From Halomicrobium mukohataei DSM 12286 (GTDB taxonomy: Archaea > Halobacteriota > Halobacteria > Halobacteriales > Haloarculaceae), in contig NC_013202.1 of NCBI RefSeq assembly GCF_000023965.1, positions 60,001 through 92,000 of the forward strand: a DNA stretch of 32,000 bases. Reading direction: 5' to 3'. Made by a program: the position numbers and the translations under genes. How positions within the stretch are numbered: the stretch's first letter is position 1; each line of letters begins with the position of its first letter. Under the pieces are notes generated by a model that saw nothing but the letters and a program-made list of their open reading frames with translations, did no database searches and had not been told where the DNA came from. Shown one piece after another: positions 1 to 10,049 of this stretch.

Positions 1-707
1 TGACCGAATCCGTCCTCGTCGGATCCGACCTCGTGGTGACGCGGAGCGGGGAGCAGATCCTCGACGGCGTCTCGCTCAGCGTCGCCTCGAACGCGACGGT
101 CCTCGTCCAGGGGCCCAGCGGTGCCGGCAAGACGACGCTGTTCAACGTCCTCGGACTGCTCGAAGCCCCCGAGAGCGGGACCCTCCACGTCGACGGTCGC
201 GACGCGAGTGCCCTCTCGGAACGCGAGCGGGCGGCGCTCCGGCGGTCGACGATCGGCTTCGTCTTCCAGGACTTCCAGCTGATCGGCGACCTCACTGCCC
301 GCGAAAACGCCGCCCTCCCACAGGAACACGCCGGGGAACCCGATCCCGAATGGCTTGACACGCTGTTCGATCGGCTGGGCATCGCCGCTCTGGGGGGACA
401 GTACCCCGCGACCCTCTCGGGCGGCGAAAAGCAGCGCGTCGCGATCGCCCGCGCACTGGCCAACAGGCCGGAGATCGTCCTCGCAGACGAGCCCACCGGC
501 CAGCTGGATCCGGCGACCGCAGACGCCGTCCTGGATCTGCTCTTCGGTATGCAGGCGTCGGCCGAGACTGCACTGATCGTGATCAGTCACGACCCACAGC
601 TCGCGCCACATTTCGACGAGCGGTTGCAACTCGCCGACGGGCGACTTGTCGAACACGAGCACAACGACGAACAGCCACCGCAGACCCCGTCCTCGGAGAC
701 CAGCTGA
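1..707 (+). CDS. ABC transporter ATP-binding protein (MacB/LolD-type); 5' end at or 1 nt beyond the window edge
   Basis: Walker A GPSGAGKTT, ABC signature LSGGEKQRVAIARAL, Walker B IVLADEPTGQLD, H-loop VISHD. The frame is open from nt 3 (TESVLVGSDLVVTRSG...). Window nt 1-2 (tg) would complete an ATG if the preceding base is A, so the ORF-track GTG at 33 is probably internal. Confidence 0.9.
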   Translation, partial: TESVLVGSDLVVTRSGEQILDGVSLSVASNATVLVQGPSGAGKTTLFNVLGLLEAPESGTLHVDGRDASALSERERAALRRSTIGFVFQDFQLIGDLTARENAALPQEHAGEPDPEWLDTLFDRLGIAALGGQYPATLSGGEKQRVAIARALANRPEIVLADEPTGQLDPATADAVLDLLFGMQASAETALIVISHDPQLAPHFDERLQLADGRLVEHEHNDEQPPQTPSSETS

Positions 708-715
708 GGGGACAG

Positions 716-3700
716 ATGGGCTATCGAAACGCACTGCTGTTCCGGTGGTCACGACGCGACCGACTGACGATCGTCGTCGTCGCGGTGACGGCCGCGTTCC
801 TCGTCGGGACCGCGCTCCTGTTGTTCACGGCGACGACCTACTCGGAGACGTTCGCGGAGCCGCTGTCGAACGCCGGGACGATCAGCTACGAGACCGCGGA
901 CGGCGACCGGCCGGCATCGACCGAGCGACGGGTCGTCCTCCCACTGACGACCGCCTCGATCGACGGCAAGTCGGCTCCCGTCGTCGGGATCCCACCGGAC
1001 GCGCCGCGGGTGATCCAGAACGGCTCGGCGTCGTGGCAACAGGGCCGCTTGCCAGCGATGCCGTCCGACGCCGACGCACGCGGTCCGGTGTCGAGACAGC
1101 GGACCCGAACGCTGTCCGGGCCCGACGGGCAGGTGACACTCTCAGTCGTCCCACGAGAGCGGAGCAACAGCTTCCTCCAGCCGACGTGGTACGTCGCCAA
1201 CGCCTCGGTCGTCGACGCCATCGGGACGACGGGCTATCTCGTGATCGACCGAGACAGCGAAGCCGACAGTGGGAACGCGATCCCCGAGACCGGCGTGCCC
1301 CTCGTGAGCGCGCTCCTGTACGTGCTGGGCGGGATCGAACAGGTGCTCTGGGCGCTGAGCATCGCCGTCGCTGCGGGTGGCCTCCTCGTGCTCGTCGTCG
1401 TCTACAGCGTGACGCGCATGAGCGTCCGCGACCGGACCGAGGCGATCAGCGTGATCCGCTCGACCGGGGCACCGGGGTGGCACGTCGGCCTCCTGTTTAC
1501 TGCGCGGGCGGCGTTGCTGGTCGCGGTCGGCGTGGCCATCGGCTATGCGGGCGGGTTGATCGCGATCAAGGCGATCGTCAACGCCGCGGTCTACCTCGGG
1601 CTCCCGATCGCGCTCGACGTGACCGTGACCGGAGGGAGCGTCGGCGTCGTGGGCGGCATCGCCGGACTCCTCGTCGGGATGGGTGTCGTCGCCGGTGCGA
1701 TCGCGGCGTATCCGGCCGCCTCCCGCCCGCCAGCGACGCTCGGACACAGACGCGCCCGCCTGCAGTCGTCGACCGGAGCGTCCGGAGGGCGGCTGGCCCG
1801 ACTGCGGTCGATCCTGAAGCCGACGCTGCTCTCGTGGCGCTCGCTCGTTCCGACTGCGGCGACGCTTTCCGTGTTCGCGCTGACGGTCCTGCTGGTCGTC
1901 GCGATCGCCGGCCTGGCCTCGCCACTCGGCGGTGACGCCGGGGGAACGGGCACGATCACGGAAGCCGACGCCCCGCATCCGCTGAACAGTCGCCTCGACG
2001 CCGACTACGCCCGCGCGCTCACGGCGAGTGGCACGCCGGCCAGCCCGGAGATCATCTACGCGCAAGTGCGGGACGGCCAGCCCTACATGGCCCACGGGGC
2101 CGACTACGAGATGTTCGCCAACGTCACGAACGCGACGGTCGTCGAGGGGCGTACACCGGCGACCGCCGACGAGGCCGTCGTCGGGACCGACCTGGCACGG
2201 ACGCTCGACCTCTCGGTCGGCGACACGGTCACGCTCGGTGGCAGCGTCGCTCCCGGCGTCCGCCAGTTCGAGGTCGTCGGCGCGTACGACGCCCACGGAA
2301 CGCTCGACGACCTCCTCGTCGTCCCCCTGCGTTCCTCGTGGGGACTGGCCACGGCGCGAGGGCAGGTCCACATGATCCGCGTGGCCGGTGACGTGCCATC
2401 GGGTGCGGAGTCGGGAACACCCGTCGGCGGGGAGTCCACCGATCAGACGGGCCTCGCGATAACGGAGTTCACGGGTCCAGAGACGGTCACGCAGGGCGAG
2501 AACATCACGCTCTCCGTGACGGTTCGGAACTTCGGCGACACGGCGGGCTCGCGGGCGGTGCCCGTCGAGTACGGGAACCAGCGCGCAAACCGGACGGTAT
2601 CGGTGCCGGCAGGGGGACAGACGACCGTAGAGGTGACTGTCGTCGCCGAGCAGACCGGCGAGGTGCGGGCCCGGACCGGCGAGTACACGCACACCGTGAC
2701 CGTCGTTTCACCGAACGCGATCCGGATCCCCGCCGAACTACCCGGGACCGCGCCACCGGGGAGCGGCCTGTACGTACCCGTCGTCGACGGTACCGGTGAC
2801 CCGGTCACTGACGCCGCAGTCACCGTCGACGGCGTGACGGTACAGACCCGCGATGAAGGGGTGGCGGTGGTACCGCTACCGCGGACGGAGGGCAACTACA
2901 CGATCACCGCACAGCACGAGAACCGGACCGCGACGCACGCCCTCCGGATCGTCGCCGGGAGCGAACGACGGCTCTCCGGGCGGCTCGACGTGTCGCCCCA
3001 GTCGGGCAATGCGCTGACGAGCCCGACGGTGACGGTCGAGCTGGGGAATCCGTGGCAACAACAGCTCACGCGGACGATCACCGTCGTCGGACCGACGGGG
3101 ACTCGCGAGCGCCAGGTCACCCTGTCTCCCGGGAACGGGACCCGGAGCGAGTTCACCGCCGCTGCGGGGGCTCGCACCCAGCCCGGTGAGTACGCGTTCC
3201 GGCTGAGCTCGAACGGGACCCAGCTGGCGACGGCCGACTACACCGTGACCGGAGACGAGCGACTGGCAGCAGCGGTCGCGAGCAGCGGCCAGTACGCCTC
3301 CGGAACGACGATCGAGCGATCGGTCGAAGGCGTCTTCGGGAACGTCCAGCTCGTCCTCGTCGCACTCGTCGTCCTGGCCGGCCTGAGCACAGTCGGCAGC
3401 ACGACGGCGACGTTCGCACAGGCCGTCCACGCGCGGCGACAATCGATCGGGATCCATCGATCGGTGGGCGCGACCCACGGACAGATCCTGCGCATCGTCC
3501 TCGGAGATGTCGTGCGAATCGCCGTTCCGGCGGCACTGCTCGCAGTCGCCGTTGGCGTCGCCGCGATGCTGGCACTGAACCGGGCCGGCTGGCTCGTCTT
3601 CTTCGGGTTCCGGCTGTCGACGCCGACTCCCCCGCTCGTGCTCGTGGGACTGGCGCTCGCGGGCGTCGGACTCGCGGTGCTTGGCGCGCTCGCCGCGACG

Positions 3701-3835
3701 GTACCGTACCTGACAGCGTCGCCCGTCTCGCTGCTCCCGGCGGGCGACCGGGTGCAGCTGCCGACCGCCGAACGCGGACGGCAGTCGGACGGTCGCGAAC
3801 AGCGGCCACCGCCCGACGCGTCAGACGACGACTGA
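716..3835 (+). CDS. Duplicated FtsX-family ABC permease (MacB-like) with large CARDB/Ig-like extracytoplasmic insert
   Basis: ATG lies 9 nt after the ATPase stop. Order of elements: N-terminal TM helix; first FtsX 4-TM block (..AISVIRSTGAPGWHVGLLF..); a further TM helix; MacB-type periplasmic core (VVEGRTPATADEAVVGTDLARTLDLSVGDTVTLGG..FEVVGAYD); a CARDB-like repeat (GENITLSVTVRNFGDTAGSRAVPVEYG..GGQTTVEVTVV); CarboxypepD_reg/Ig-like repeats (VVDGTGDPVTDAAVTVDGVTVQTRDEGVAVV); second FtsX block (QSIGIHRSVGATHGQILRIVLGD..); acidic tail. Confidence 0.85.
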   Translation: MGYRNALLFRWSRRDRLTIVVVAVTAAFLVGTALLLFTATTYSETFAEPLSNAGTISYETADGDRPASTERRVVLPLTTASIDGKSAPVVGIPPDAPRVIQNGSASWQQGRLPAMPSDADARGPVSRQRTRTLSGPDGQVTLSVVPRERSNSFLQPTWYVANASVVDAIGTTGYLVIDRDSEADSGNAIPETGVPLVSALLYVLGGIEQVLWALSIAVAAGGLLVLVVVYSVTRMSVRDRTEAISVIRSTGAPGWHVGLLFTARAALLVAVGVAIGYAGGLIAIKAIVNAAVYLGLPIALDVTVTGGSVGVVGGIAGLLVGMGVVAGAIAAYPAASRPPATLGHRRARLQSSTGASGGRLARLRSILKPTLLSWRSLVPTAATLSVFALTVLLVVAIAGLASPLGGDAGGTGTITEADAPHPLNSRLDADYARALTASGTPASPEIIYAQVRDGQPYMAHGADYEMFANVTNATVVEGRTPATADEAVVGTDLARTLDLSVGDTVTLGGSVAPGVRQFEVVGAYDAHGTLDDLLVVPLRSSWGLATARGQVHMIRVAGDVPSGAESGTPVGGESTDQTGLAITEFTGPETVTQGENITLSVTVRNFGDTAGSRAVPVEYGNQRANRTVSVPAGGQTTVEVTVVAEQTGEVRARTGEYTHTVTVVSPNAIRIPAELPGTAPPGSGLYVPVVDGTGDPVTDAAVTVDGVTVQTRDEGVAVVPLPRTEGNYTITAQHENRTATHALRIVAGSERRLSGRLDVSPQSGNALTSPTVTVELGNPWQQQLTRTITVVGPTGTRERQVTLSPGNGTRSEFTAAAGARTQPGEYAFRLSSNGTQLATADYTVTGDERLAAAVASSGQYASGTTIERSVEGVFGNVQLVLVALVVLAGLSTVGSTTATFAQAVHARRQSIGIHRSVGATHGQILRIVLGDVVRIAVPAALLAVAVGVAAMLALNRAGWLVFFGFRLSTPTPPLVLVGLALAGVGLAVLGALAATVPYLTASPVSLLPAGDRVQLPTAERGRQSDGREQRPPPDASDDD

Positions 3836-3874
3836 CAGTGGCACAGTTCGATCGCCGGACGGAATGTCGACCAT

Positions 3875-3881
3875 CTTTTAA
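3875..3881 (+). promoter_or_regulatory. TATA-like box (CTTTTAA) for the DUF1616 gene
   Basis: This is the only AT-rich heptamer in a GC-rich spacer. It is centred ~30 nt upstream of ATG 3908, which matches haloarchaeal leaderless promoter geometry. Confidence 0.3.
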
Positions 3882-3907
3882 CCCAGGTGGATAATACACC
3901 AGTATCG

Positions 3908-4942
3908 ATGGCTGACGACGTCCAGTGGCGCGCCCTCCTGCCAGAGCCCGTCCGGACGCTGCCCGCCGACCTCGCGGCGGTCGTCGCGTTCACACTGTTC
4001 ACAGCGGCCGCCGCGACCGTCCCCGGTGTCAGCGAGACGCCCCTGCGCGTGGTGCTGGGGCTGCCCTTCACGCTGTTCGTTCCCGGCTACGCTTTCATCG
4101 CCGCGCTCTTTCCGGAAGCCGGAACGGGACCGGCTGAGCACGACGACGCGGACGCCGACCGAACCGAGGAGGGCGGGATCGACGGCATCGAGCGGGTCGC
4201 ACTCTCGTTTGGCCTCAGTATCGCGCTCGTCCCGCTGATCGGCCTCGTGCTGAACTTCACGCCGTGGGGGATTCGACTCGTGCCGATCCTCGTCGGCGTC
4301 GGCGGCTTCACGCTGGCCGCGACTGCCGTTGCAGCGCGCCGCCGACGAGAACTCCCGGCCGAGGACCGGTTCCGAGTGCCCTACCGAACGTGGCTCGCGA
4401 GCGCCCGGACGGAGCTGTTCGAACCGGAGACGCGAACTGACGCCGCGCTGAACGTCCTGCTGGCACTGAGCATGATCCTCGCCGTCGGGACCGTCGGCAT
4501 CGCCGTCACTGTTCCCGGCCAGGGAGAGTCCTTCTCCGAGTTCTACCTCCTGACCGAGGACGACGACGGCGAACTGATCGCCGACAACTACCCCGAGGAG
4601 TTCGTCCGAGGCGAGTCGAAGCCGGTCGTCGTCGGGATCGGGAACCAGGAGCACGAGCCGACCGACTATACCGTCGTGATGGAGATACAGAACGTGACCT
4701 TTACCGGCCCGAACGGTACACAAAGCGAAGTGCGTGCCGAGGACGAACTCGCACGGTATCGGACGCGGCTGGCGGACAACGAGACCGACCACCGGACGGT
4801 CGACGTCGAACCGACCATGACCGGTCGGAACCTGCGCCTGCTGTTCACGCTGTATCGCGGCGACGCCCCCGACGACGCCTCGATCGAGACGGCCTACCGG
4901 GAGACTCACCTGTGGGTGAACGTGAGTGCGACGAACGGGTGA
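3908..4942 (+). CDS. DUF1616-family membrane protein
   Basis: N-terminal pattern LRVVLGLPFTLFVPGYAFIAALFPE plus several further TM helices and a soluble C-terminal domain, as in archaeal DUF1616 proteins often found next to glycosylation clusters. ATG 3908 is preferred over the ORF-track GTG 3887 because of the TATA spacing. Confidence 0.7.
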   Translation: MADDVQWRALLPEPVRTLPADLAAVVAFTLFTAAAATVPGVSETPLRVVLGLPFTLFVPGYAFIAALFPEAGTGPAEHDDADADRTEEGGIDGIERVALSFGLSIALVPLIGLVLNFTPWGIRLVPILVGVGGFTLAATAVAARRRRELPAEDRFRVPYRTWLASARTELFEPETRTDAALNVLLALSMILAVGTVGIAVTVPGQGESFSEFYLLTEDDDGELIADNYPEEFVRGESKPVVVGIGNQEHEPTDYTVVMEIQNVTFTGPNGTQSEVRAEDELARYRTRLADNETDHRTVDVEPTMTGRNLRLLFTLYRGDAPDDASIETAYRETHLWVNVSATNG

Positions 4943-4972
4943 ACGAACCGTGGACTGCTCGGCGAGCTGCTT

Positions 4973-5879
<907 letters not shown>

Positions 5880-7281
5880 TCATCCGCCTTTAGCTAAGAG
5901 AAGAACCGCGTGATAGCGACAGCTTATCGAGGCTACTTTTCGAGAGGAACGAGGAGGCGGCAAGTGTGTACCAAGACGCCTCCTCATCGAGAATCATGCG
6001 TCGGCTCACTACACTGTTTCCCTCTGAGTTCCTCGAAGAGCACGCCGAGGAACTCGGCGTGGTCGAGCGAGAGGGCAAGCTCCAGATTCCCGTCCTCGTG
6101 TGGGCGCTCGTGTTCGGCTTCGCCGCAGGCGAGAGCCGAACACTCGCCGGGTTCCGACGCAGCTACAATTCGACGGCTGATGAGACACTCTCTCCCAGCG
6201 GTTTCTATCACCGGTTGACGCCGTCACTCGCAGAGTATCTCCGCGACCTCGTCGAGCACGGCCTCGACGAGGTCGCTGTTCCTAACGCCGTTGATGCTGA
6301 TATCGACCGATTCAGGGATATGATCGCTGATGGAACGGTGTTTCGGTTGCACGAGTTCCTCTCTGAGGAGTTCCAAGCCCGCCATGAGGAGCAGGCTGGA
6401 GCACGGCTCCACCTGCTCCACAACGCCACCGACCAGACGATTGAACGGATCGACGTGACTGACGAGAAAACGCACGACAGCACGCTGTTCAAGACAGGAT
6501 CTTGGCTGCACGGACGGCTAGTTCTATTCGATCGCACGTACTTCAAGTACCGCCGATTTGCATTGATCGACGAGAACGACGGCTTCTTCGTGAGCCGGCT
6601 GAAGAAGAACGCAAATCCGGTGATAACGGCAGAATTACGGGAATAGCGCGGCCGCGCCATTCCTCTGGAAGGTAAGCAGATCCACGATGTTGTTGATGAT
6701 CTCTCGCGGCAGTACATCGACGTAGAAGTCGAAGCGGAGTTCAAGCGGGGACAGTACGAAGGAACTCGTTCGCTGGACACGAAGCGGTTCCGCGTCGTCG
6801 GCGTCCGCAACGAGGACGCCGACGACTACCATCTGTACATAACGAATCTGCCGAGAGAGGAGTTCCTCCCGTCAGATCTAGCGACGCTGTATCGATGTCG
6901 ATGGGAAGTAGAAACGCTGTTCCGTGAGTTGAAAACGCAGTACGAACTAGATGAATTCGACACGAGCAACCCTGCTGTCGTGGAAATTCTGCTGTATGCG
7001 GCGTTGCTGTCGCTGCTAGTGAGCCGTGATCTGTTAGATCTAGTCACCGAGCAGGCCGACGATGAGATCGTGTTTCCGCCGGAACGCTGGGAGGCGACCT
7101 TTCGGTTGCACGCCCAACTCATCCTCCACAAACTTGGCGAGTATCTCGGTTACTCACCACCGCCACTACTGGACCGGCTGATCGAAGACGCTCAGAAAAT
7201 CCACCAACAGCGACCGATCTTACAAGAGACGCTCGCTACCGCTACGCAACCAAGGTGTGAGGCCTAACTAAAGACCAATGA
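5880..7281 (+). mobile_element. IS4-family (ISH8-group-like) insertion sequence, copy A
   Basis: Terminal inverted repeats are TCATCCGCCTTTAGCTAAG (5880-5898) and the reverse complement of CCTAACTAAAGACCAATGA (7263-7281). It is collinear with, and by eye roughly 90% identical to, copy B at 17577-18981 in opposite orientation. Confidence 0.85.
5966..7267 (+). pseudogene. IS4-family DDE transposase, inactivated by one nonsense codon
   Basis: A single frame runs from 5966 to 7267 and aligns end to end with the intact 434-aa copy B protein. TGG has become TAG at 6644-6646 (..AELRE*RGRAIPLEGK..), and there is a one-codon deletion (RDMIADG versus RDVMIADG). Confidence 0.85.
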
Positions 7282-7889
7282 GAATTACTGTTTATATGGT
7301 TCCCCGTTCAATAGTCAAGCCGACCGCTCAATTCGTGACGGGCAAAGGCAGTCAGATAGCCGCCAGCATCGACGAGAAAATCTGTCTCGGCGAGAACGTA
7401 TCTCTCGGAGAGTTGATCAGGAATACCGTCCCGGAATCTGCCCACGGTAGCTGAATACCACGACTTCGATCAATAACTTTGAGTCAGTGTTGATGGCGGT
7501 GTAAAGCCATTTTTTCTCACCACCAACCTATATCTGTTCTCGTCGACCGCGACCCGTGACGGTGCTACCGTCGGCGGGTCGCTCTGTGCTTCAGACAGGT
7601 ATGTAGAGCGTGTCATACAATAGTTCTCAGCTAGATCATTTCCCGAGAAATCATGCGAATATAATATAAAATACAGCGTTCCTCTGTATCAAGCGTGAGG
7701 CGAAGTGCTCAAAGTCACTGTGTAGAGGGTGTGAGACGCATTCTATGACACGCTGATGTACCCAATTTCAGACTGCTCCGTGGGATAGATCGACATCCAA
7801 CGTTCTAAAATCGCCACCATCTCCTGATCGACAGCCACGCCGTGTGTAGATGCACCCAAAACGCCGGACGGGTGTCGGCGTGCGCTCAT
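7282..7889 (-). pseudogene. Degenerate IS6-family transposase gene (third IS6-type element), N-terminal two thirds
   Basis: Minus-strand translation gives these pieces: MSARRHPSGVLGASTHGVAVDQEMVAILERW..; ..LSEAQSDPPTVAPSRVAVDE..; ..EKKWLYTAINTDSKLLIEVVVFSYRG..; ..ERYVLAETDFLVDAGGYLTAFARHELSGRLDY*TGNHINSNS. Several stops and frameshifts are present. It is interrupted by a 150-bp MITE, and its start codon lies in the target duplication of the IS6 copy at 7890. The remainder of the gene is at 18982-19165. Confidence 0.7.
7606..7755. mobile_element. 150-bp MITE-like insertion inside the IS6-type pseudogene
   Basis: There is a perfect 11-bp terminal inverted repeat, AGCGTGTCATA (7607-7617) and TATGACACGCT (7744-7754). 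The core is AT-rich and non-coding. It is flanked by the direct repeat ATGTA (7601-7605 and 7756-7760). Removing it rejoins transposase-like coding sequence (..SEIGYI / LSEAQSDPP..). Confidence 0.6.
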
Positions 7890-8586
7890 GGTCGTGTTTA
7901 GTTAAGCGTGAAAAGTGAGGCGGGAGAATTTCTTGCTGGTCTATGGCAGAAATCGCCCGCCTCAGTGGGAATAGAGAGTGGATTGATTTGGATTTTGTGG
8001 AGCGCGAGCGGACACCCGAGTGGATAATGGCCCGCGGTATTCAATCGCACATTGCGGGCCTCTCGCTGTCGAATACCGTCGAATTACTCGAAGATCTGGG
8101 TGTCCAACGTAGTCGGAAAGCGATTCACGATTGGGTACAAAAAGCCGATCTACAGCCGAAATCGGGTCGATCGCCGAATCAGATCGCGCTTGACGAAACG
8201 GTGATTCGGATCAACGATCAGCAGTTCTGGCTGTATGCTGCTGCAGATCCCGATACAAACGACCTGCTGCACGTCCGCCTCTTTTCGACAACCACGACCG
8301 CTCTCACCGAAATCTTCTTGCGCGAACTTCGGCAGAAACACGATATCGAAACTGCCGAATTTCTCGTCGATGGCGCCCAACACCTCCAAACTGCGCTTCA
8401 ACGAGCTGGGCTCCGATTTCAGATGTGTCGCGCTGGAAATCGGAATGCCGTCGAACGGATCTTCCGAGAGCTGAAACGTCGAACCTCGTCGTTTTCGAAC
8501 TGCTTCAGCCACGTCGAACCCGAAACAGCCGAATCATGGCTTCAAGCCTTCGCCTGCTGGCACAATGCTCCAAACTAAACACGATC
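7890..8586 (+). mobile_element. IS6-family insertion sequence, copy 1 (intact)
   Basis: The 14-bp inverted repeats are GGTCGTGTTTAGTT (7890-7903) and AACTAAACACGATC (8573-8586). A perfect 8-bp target-site duplication GCGCTCAT lies at 7882-7889 and 8587-8594, the TSD size typical of IS6. Confidence 0.9.
7943..8578 (+). CDS. IS6-family DDE transposase
   Basis: The 211-aa ORF has an HTH-like N-terminus (GLSLSNTVELLEDLGVQRSRKAIHDWV) and a DDE core (IALDETVIRINDQQFWLYAAADPDTN, FLVDGAQHLQTAL, NAVERIFRELKRRT). Confidence 0.9.
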   Translation: MAEIARLSGNREWIDLDFVERERTPEWIMARGIQSHIAGLSLSNTVELLEDLGVQRSRKAIHDWVQKADLQPKSGRSPNQIALDETVIRINDQQFWLYAAADPDTNDLLHVRLFSTTTTALTEIFLRELRQKHDIETAEFLVDGAQHLQTALQRAGLRFQMCRAGNRNAVERIFRELKRRTSSFSNCFSHVEPETAESWLQAFACWHNAPN

Positions 8587-8723
8587 GCGCTCATTCTCCC
8601 AAACGTCTTGGCTGTCCGTTTCCAATGTTCCTCTGAGCAGGTCGGCGGGTGACATAAACACCTCTCGCTACGGCCAGCTCGTTCCTTAACGGATCAACTA
8701 GACAGTGTCACTTGACAGATTCC
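8587..8723 (-). mobile_element. 5' untranslated end and probable terminal repeat of the degenerate third IS6-type element
   Basis: This continues the pseudogene at 7282-7889 across the IS6 copy-1 insertion. The candidate tip GGAATCTGTCAAG (reverse complement of 8711-8723) resembles CCAATCTGTGAGG at the other tip (reverse complement of 19153-19165). The GC content drops sharply right after 8723. The exact tip is uncertain. Confidence 0.4.
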
Positions 8724-8801
8724 ACTTTATTCTTAATATCTATAAGGGTGCCTATCAAAGGCGAACATATAGTTGATTTGAGTTGGCCGCTTCCGGCACA
8801 C

Positions 8802-8811
8802 TTAACTTTTA
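8802..8811 (+). promoter_or_regulatory. TATA-like box (TTAACTTTTA) for GT4 gene 8832
   Basis: It is centred ~26 nt upstream of ATG 8832. Confidence 0.3.
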
Positions 8812-8831
8812 CTGACACCCTCTATCCATCA

Positions 8832-10007
8832 ATGAAGGTTGTTCATATCCACGATTACGTGATGCCAAATATGGGCTACCAAGAAAATCTGCTCCCTCCA
8901 AAGATATTGGAAGAGGGAATCGATATAGAAGTTATAACAAGTACAGCAGTACCCGAAAAGTTTAAAGAAGAGAGGAATGATTTTAACTCGGGAATATACA
9001 ACTATAAAGGCGTCAAATACCACAGGCTTAACTATTTATTTAAAATTAATTCTGCAGGGAATATTATAATGAGGGGGCTCCTAAAGAAGTTAAATGAAAT
9101 TGGTCCAGATATTATACAGTGCAGATCATTAATAAACACACAAGCCATCAAGGCAGCAAGGTATTGTAAGCAGACAGACTGTCAACTATATATTGATGAA
9201 CATGTTGACAACGGGAATTTTAATCTGGATAGTTTATTTAAATCCTCTTCATTTCACATATTTAAAATTTTATTATTTAAATATATAGATGAAGAAGTTG
9301 AGTTATATTTGCCAGTACAACAATATTCCAAGGAATTTTTAGTTGATAGGTTTGGGATAGATGAAGACAGAACCGAATTGTTACCGTTAGGTGTTGACAT
9401 CCAACTGTTCTGTCCTAATGAAGCAGATCGAGATAAGATTCGGTCTAAATACAGATTCCCTAATGACCATAAGGTTATAATTACTGCTGGGAACATTGAT
9501 CCACGTAAGGATATTGAGGTACTGCTTGACGCACTGAACGAAATAGAGTCAGAATATAATTGGACGCTATTAATCGTGGGCCGTCCATCGGGCCCGCGTG
9601 GTAAAGCATATATGGAGAGAATAAAAGATTTAGTATCGGAATATGGTTTATCCTCCAATGTTATATTTAAGGATTTTGTACCACACGACGAGCTTTCGAT
9701 GTATTATAATGCTGCAGATATAGGCGTTTGGCCGGGGAAGCTGGGCATAACTACCGTTGAGGCCATAGGAACAGGTCTTCCTGTAATCATTCCCAAAAGT
9801 AAAGCAACAAACTACATAGTAAGTAATGATAATGGAAGTCAATTTGTGAGAGGCGATTCTGAATCTCTCAAATTAGAAATGGAAAAATATATAAATAGCC
9901 CCAAAAAAATCAAATCACATAGTGAGAAGTCGGTTGAGCACGCGAGGAATGTTCTAAGTTGGGAGGCAATAGCAAATAAAAACATTTCAATATATAATTC
10001 AGAGTGA
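8832..10007 (+). CDS. Glycosyltransferase family 4 (GT-B fold)
   Basis: The protein starts MKVVHIHDYVMPNMGYQENLL. The C-terminal half is GT1/GT4-type: VIITAGNIDPRKDIEVLLDAL and AADIGVWPGKLGITTVEAIGTGLPVIIP. The ORF-track TTG start at 8712 lies inside an IS terminal repeat and is rejected. The gene is ~1/3 G+C. Confidence 0.85.
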   Translation: MKVVHIHDYVMPNMGYQENLLPPKILEEGIDIEVITSTAVPEKFKEERNDFNSGIYNYKGVKYHRLNYLFKINSAGNIIMRGLLKKLNEIGPDIIQCRSLINTQAIKAARYCKQTDCQLYIDEHVDNGNFNLDSLFKSSSFHIFKILLFKYIDEEVELYLPVQQYSKEFLVDRFGIDEDRTELLPLGVDIQLFCPNEADRDKIRSKYRFPNDHKVIITAGNIDPRKDIEVLLDALNEIESEYNWTLLIVGRPSGPRGKAYMERIKDLVSEYGLSSNVIFKDFVPHDELSMYYNAADIGVWPGKLGITTVEAIGTGLPVIIPKSKATNYIVSNDNGSQFVRGDSESLKLEMEKYINSPKKIKSHSEKSVEHARNVLSWEAIANKNISIYNSE

Positions 10008-10049
10008 TTGGATAAAATGACATGGACATCCTTCGAGAACATATTTATT

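Noticed and set aside
646-4909. Long alternative-frame and antisense ORFs in the GC-rich left flank (for example 646-1935 +, 1142-2692 -, 3153-3899 -, 3238-4071 -, 3878-4909 -).
   Set aside because: Their products are Arg/Pro/Gly/Ser-rich low-complexity strings with no motifs. They fully overlap well-supported genes (permease, DUF1616). These are typical shadow ORFs of high-GC DNA where stop codons are rare.
8724-8731. Target-site duplication for the third (degenerate) IS6-type element, comparing 8724-8731 with 19166-19173.
   Set aside because: No direct or reverse-complement 8-bp match was found (ACTTTATT versus TTGATTAA). The tips of this element therefore remain approximate, and no claim is made about how it inserted.
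8712-8831. Upstream-extended starts offered by the ORF track: TTG 8712 for GT4, 26189 for GT2, ATG 30519 for the surface protein, GTG 3887 for DUF1616.
   Set aside because: The extensions run through an IS terminal repeat, junction DNA, the 3' end of another gene, or a TATA-like box respectively. Downstream starts give canonical N-termini and leaderless promoter spacing.
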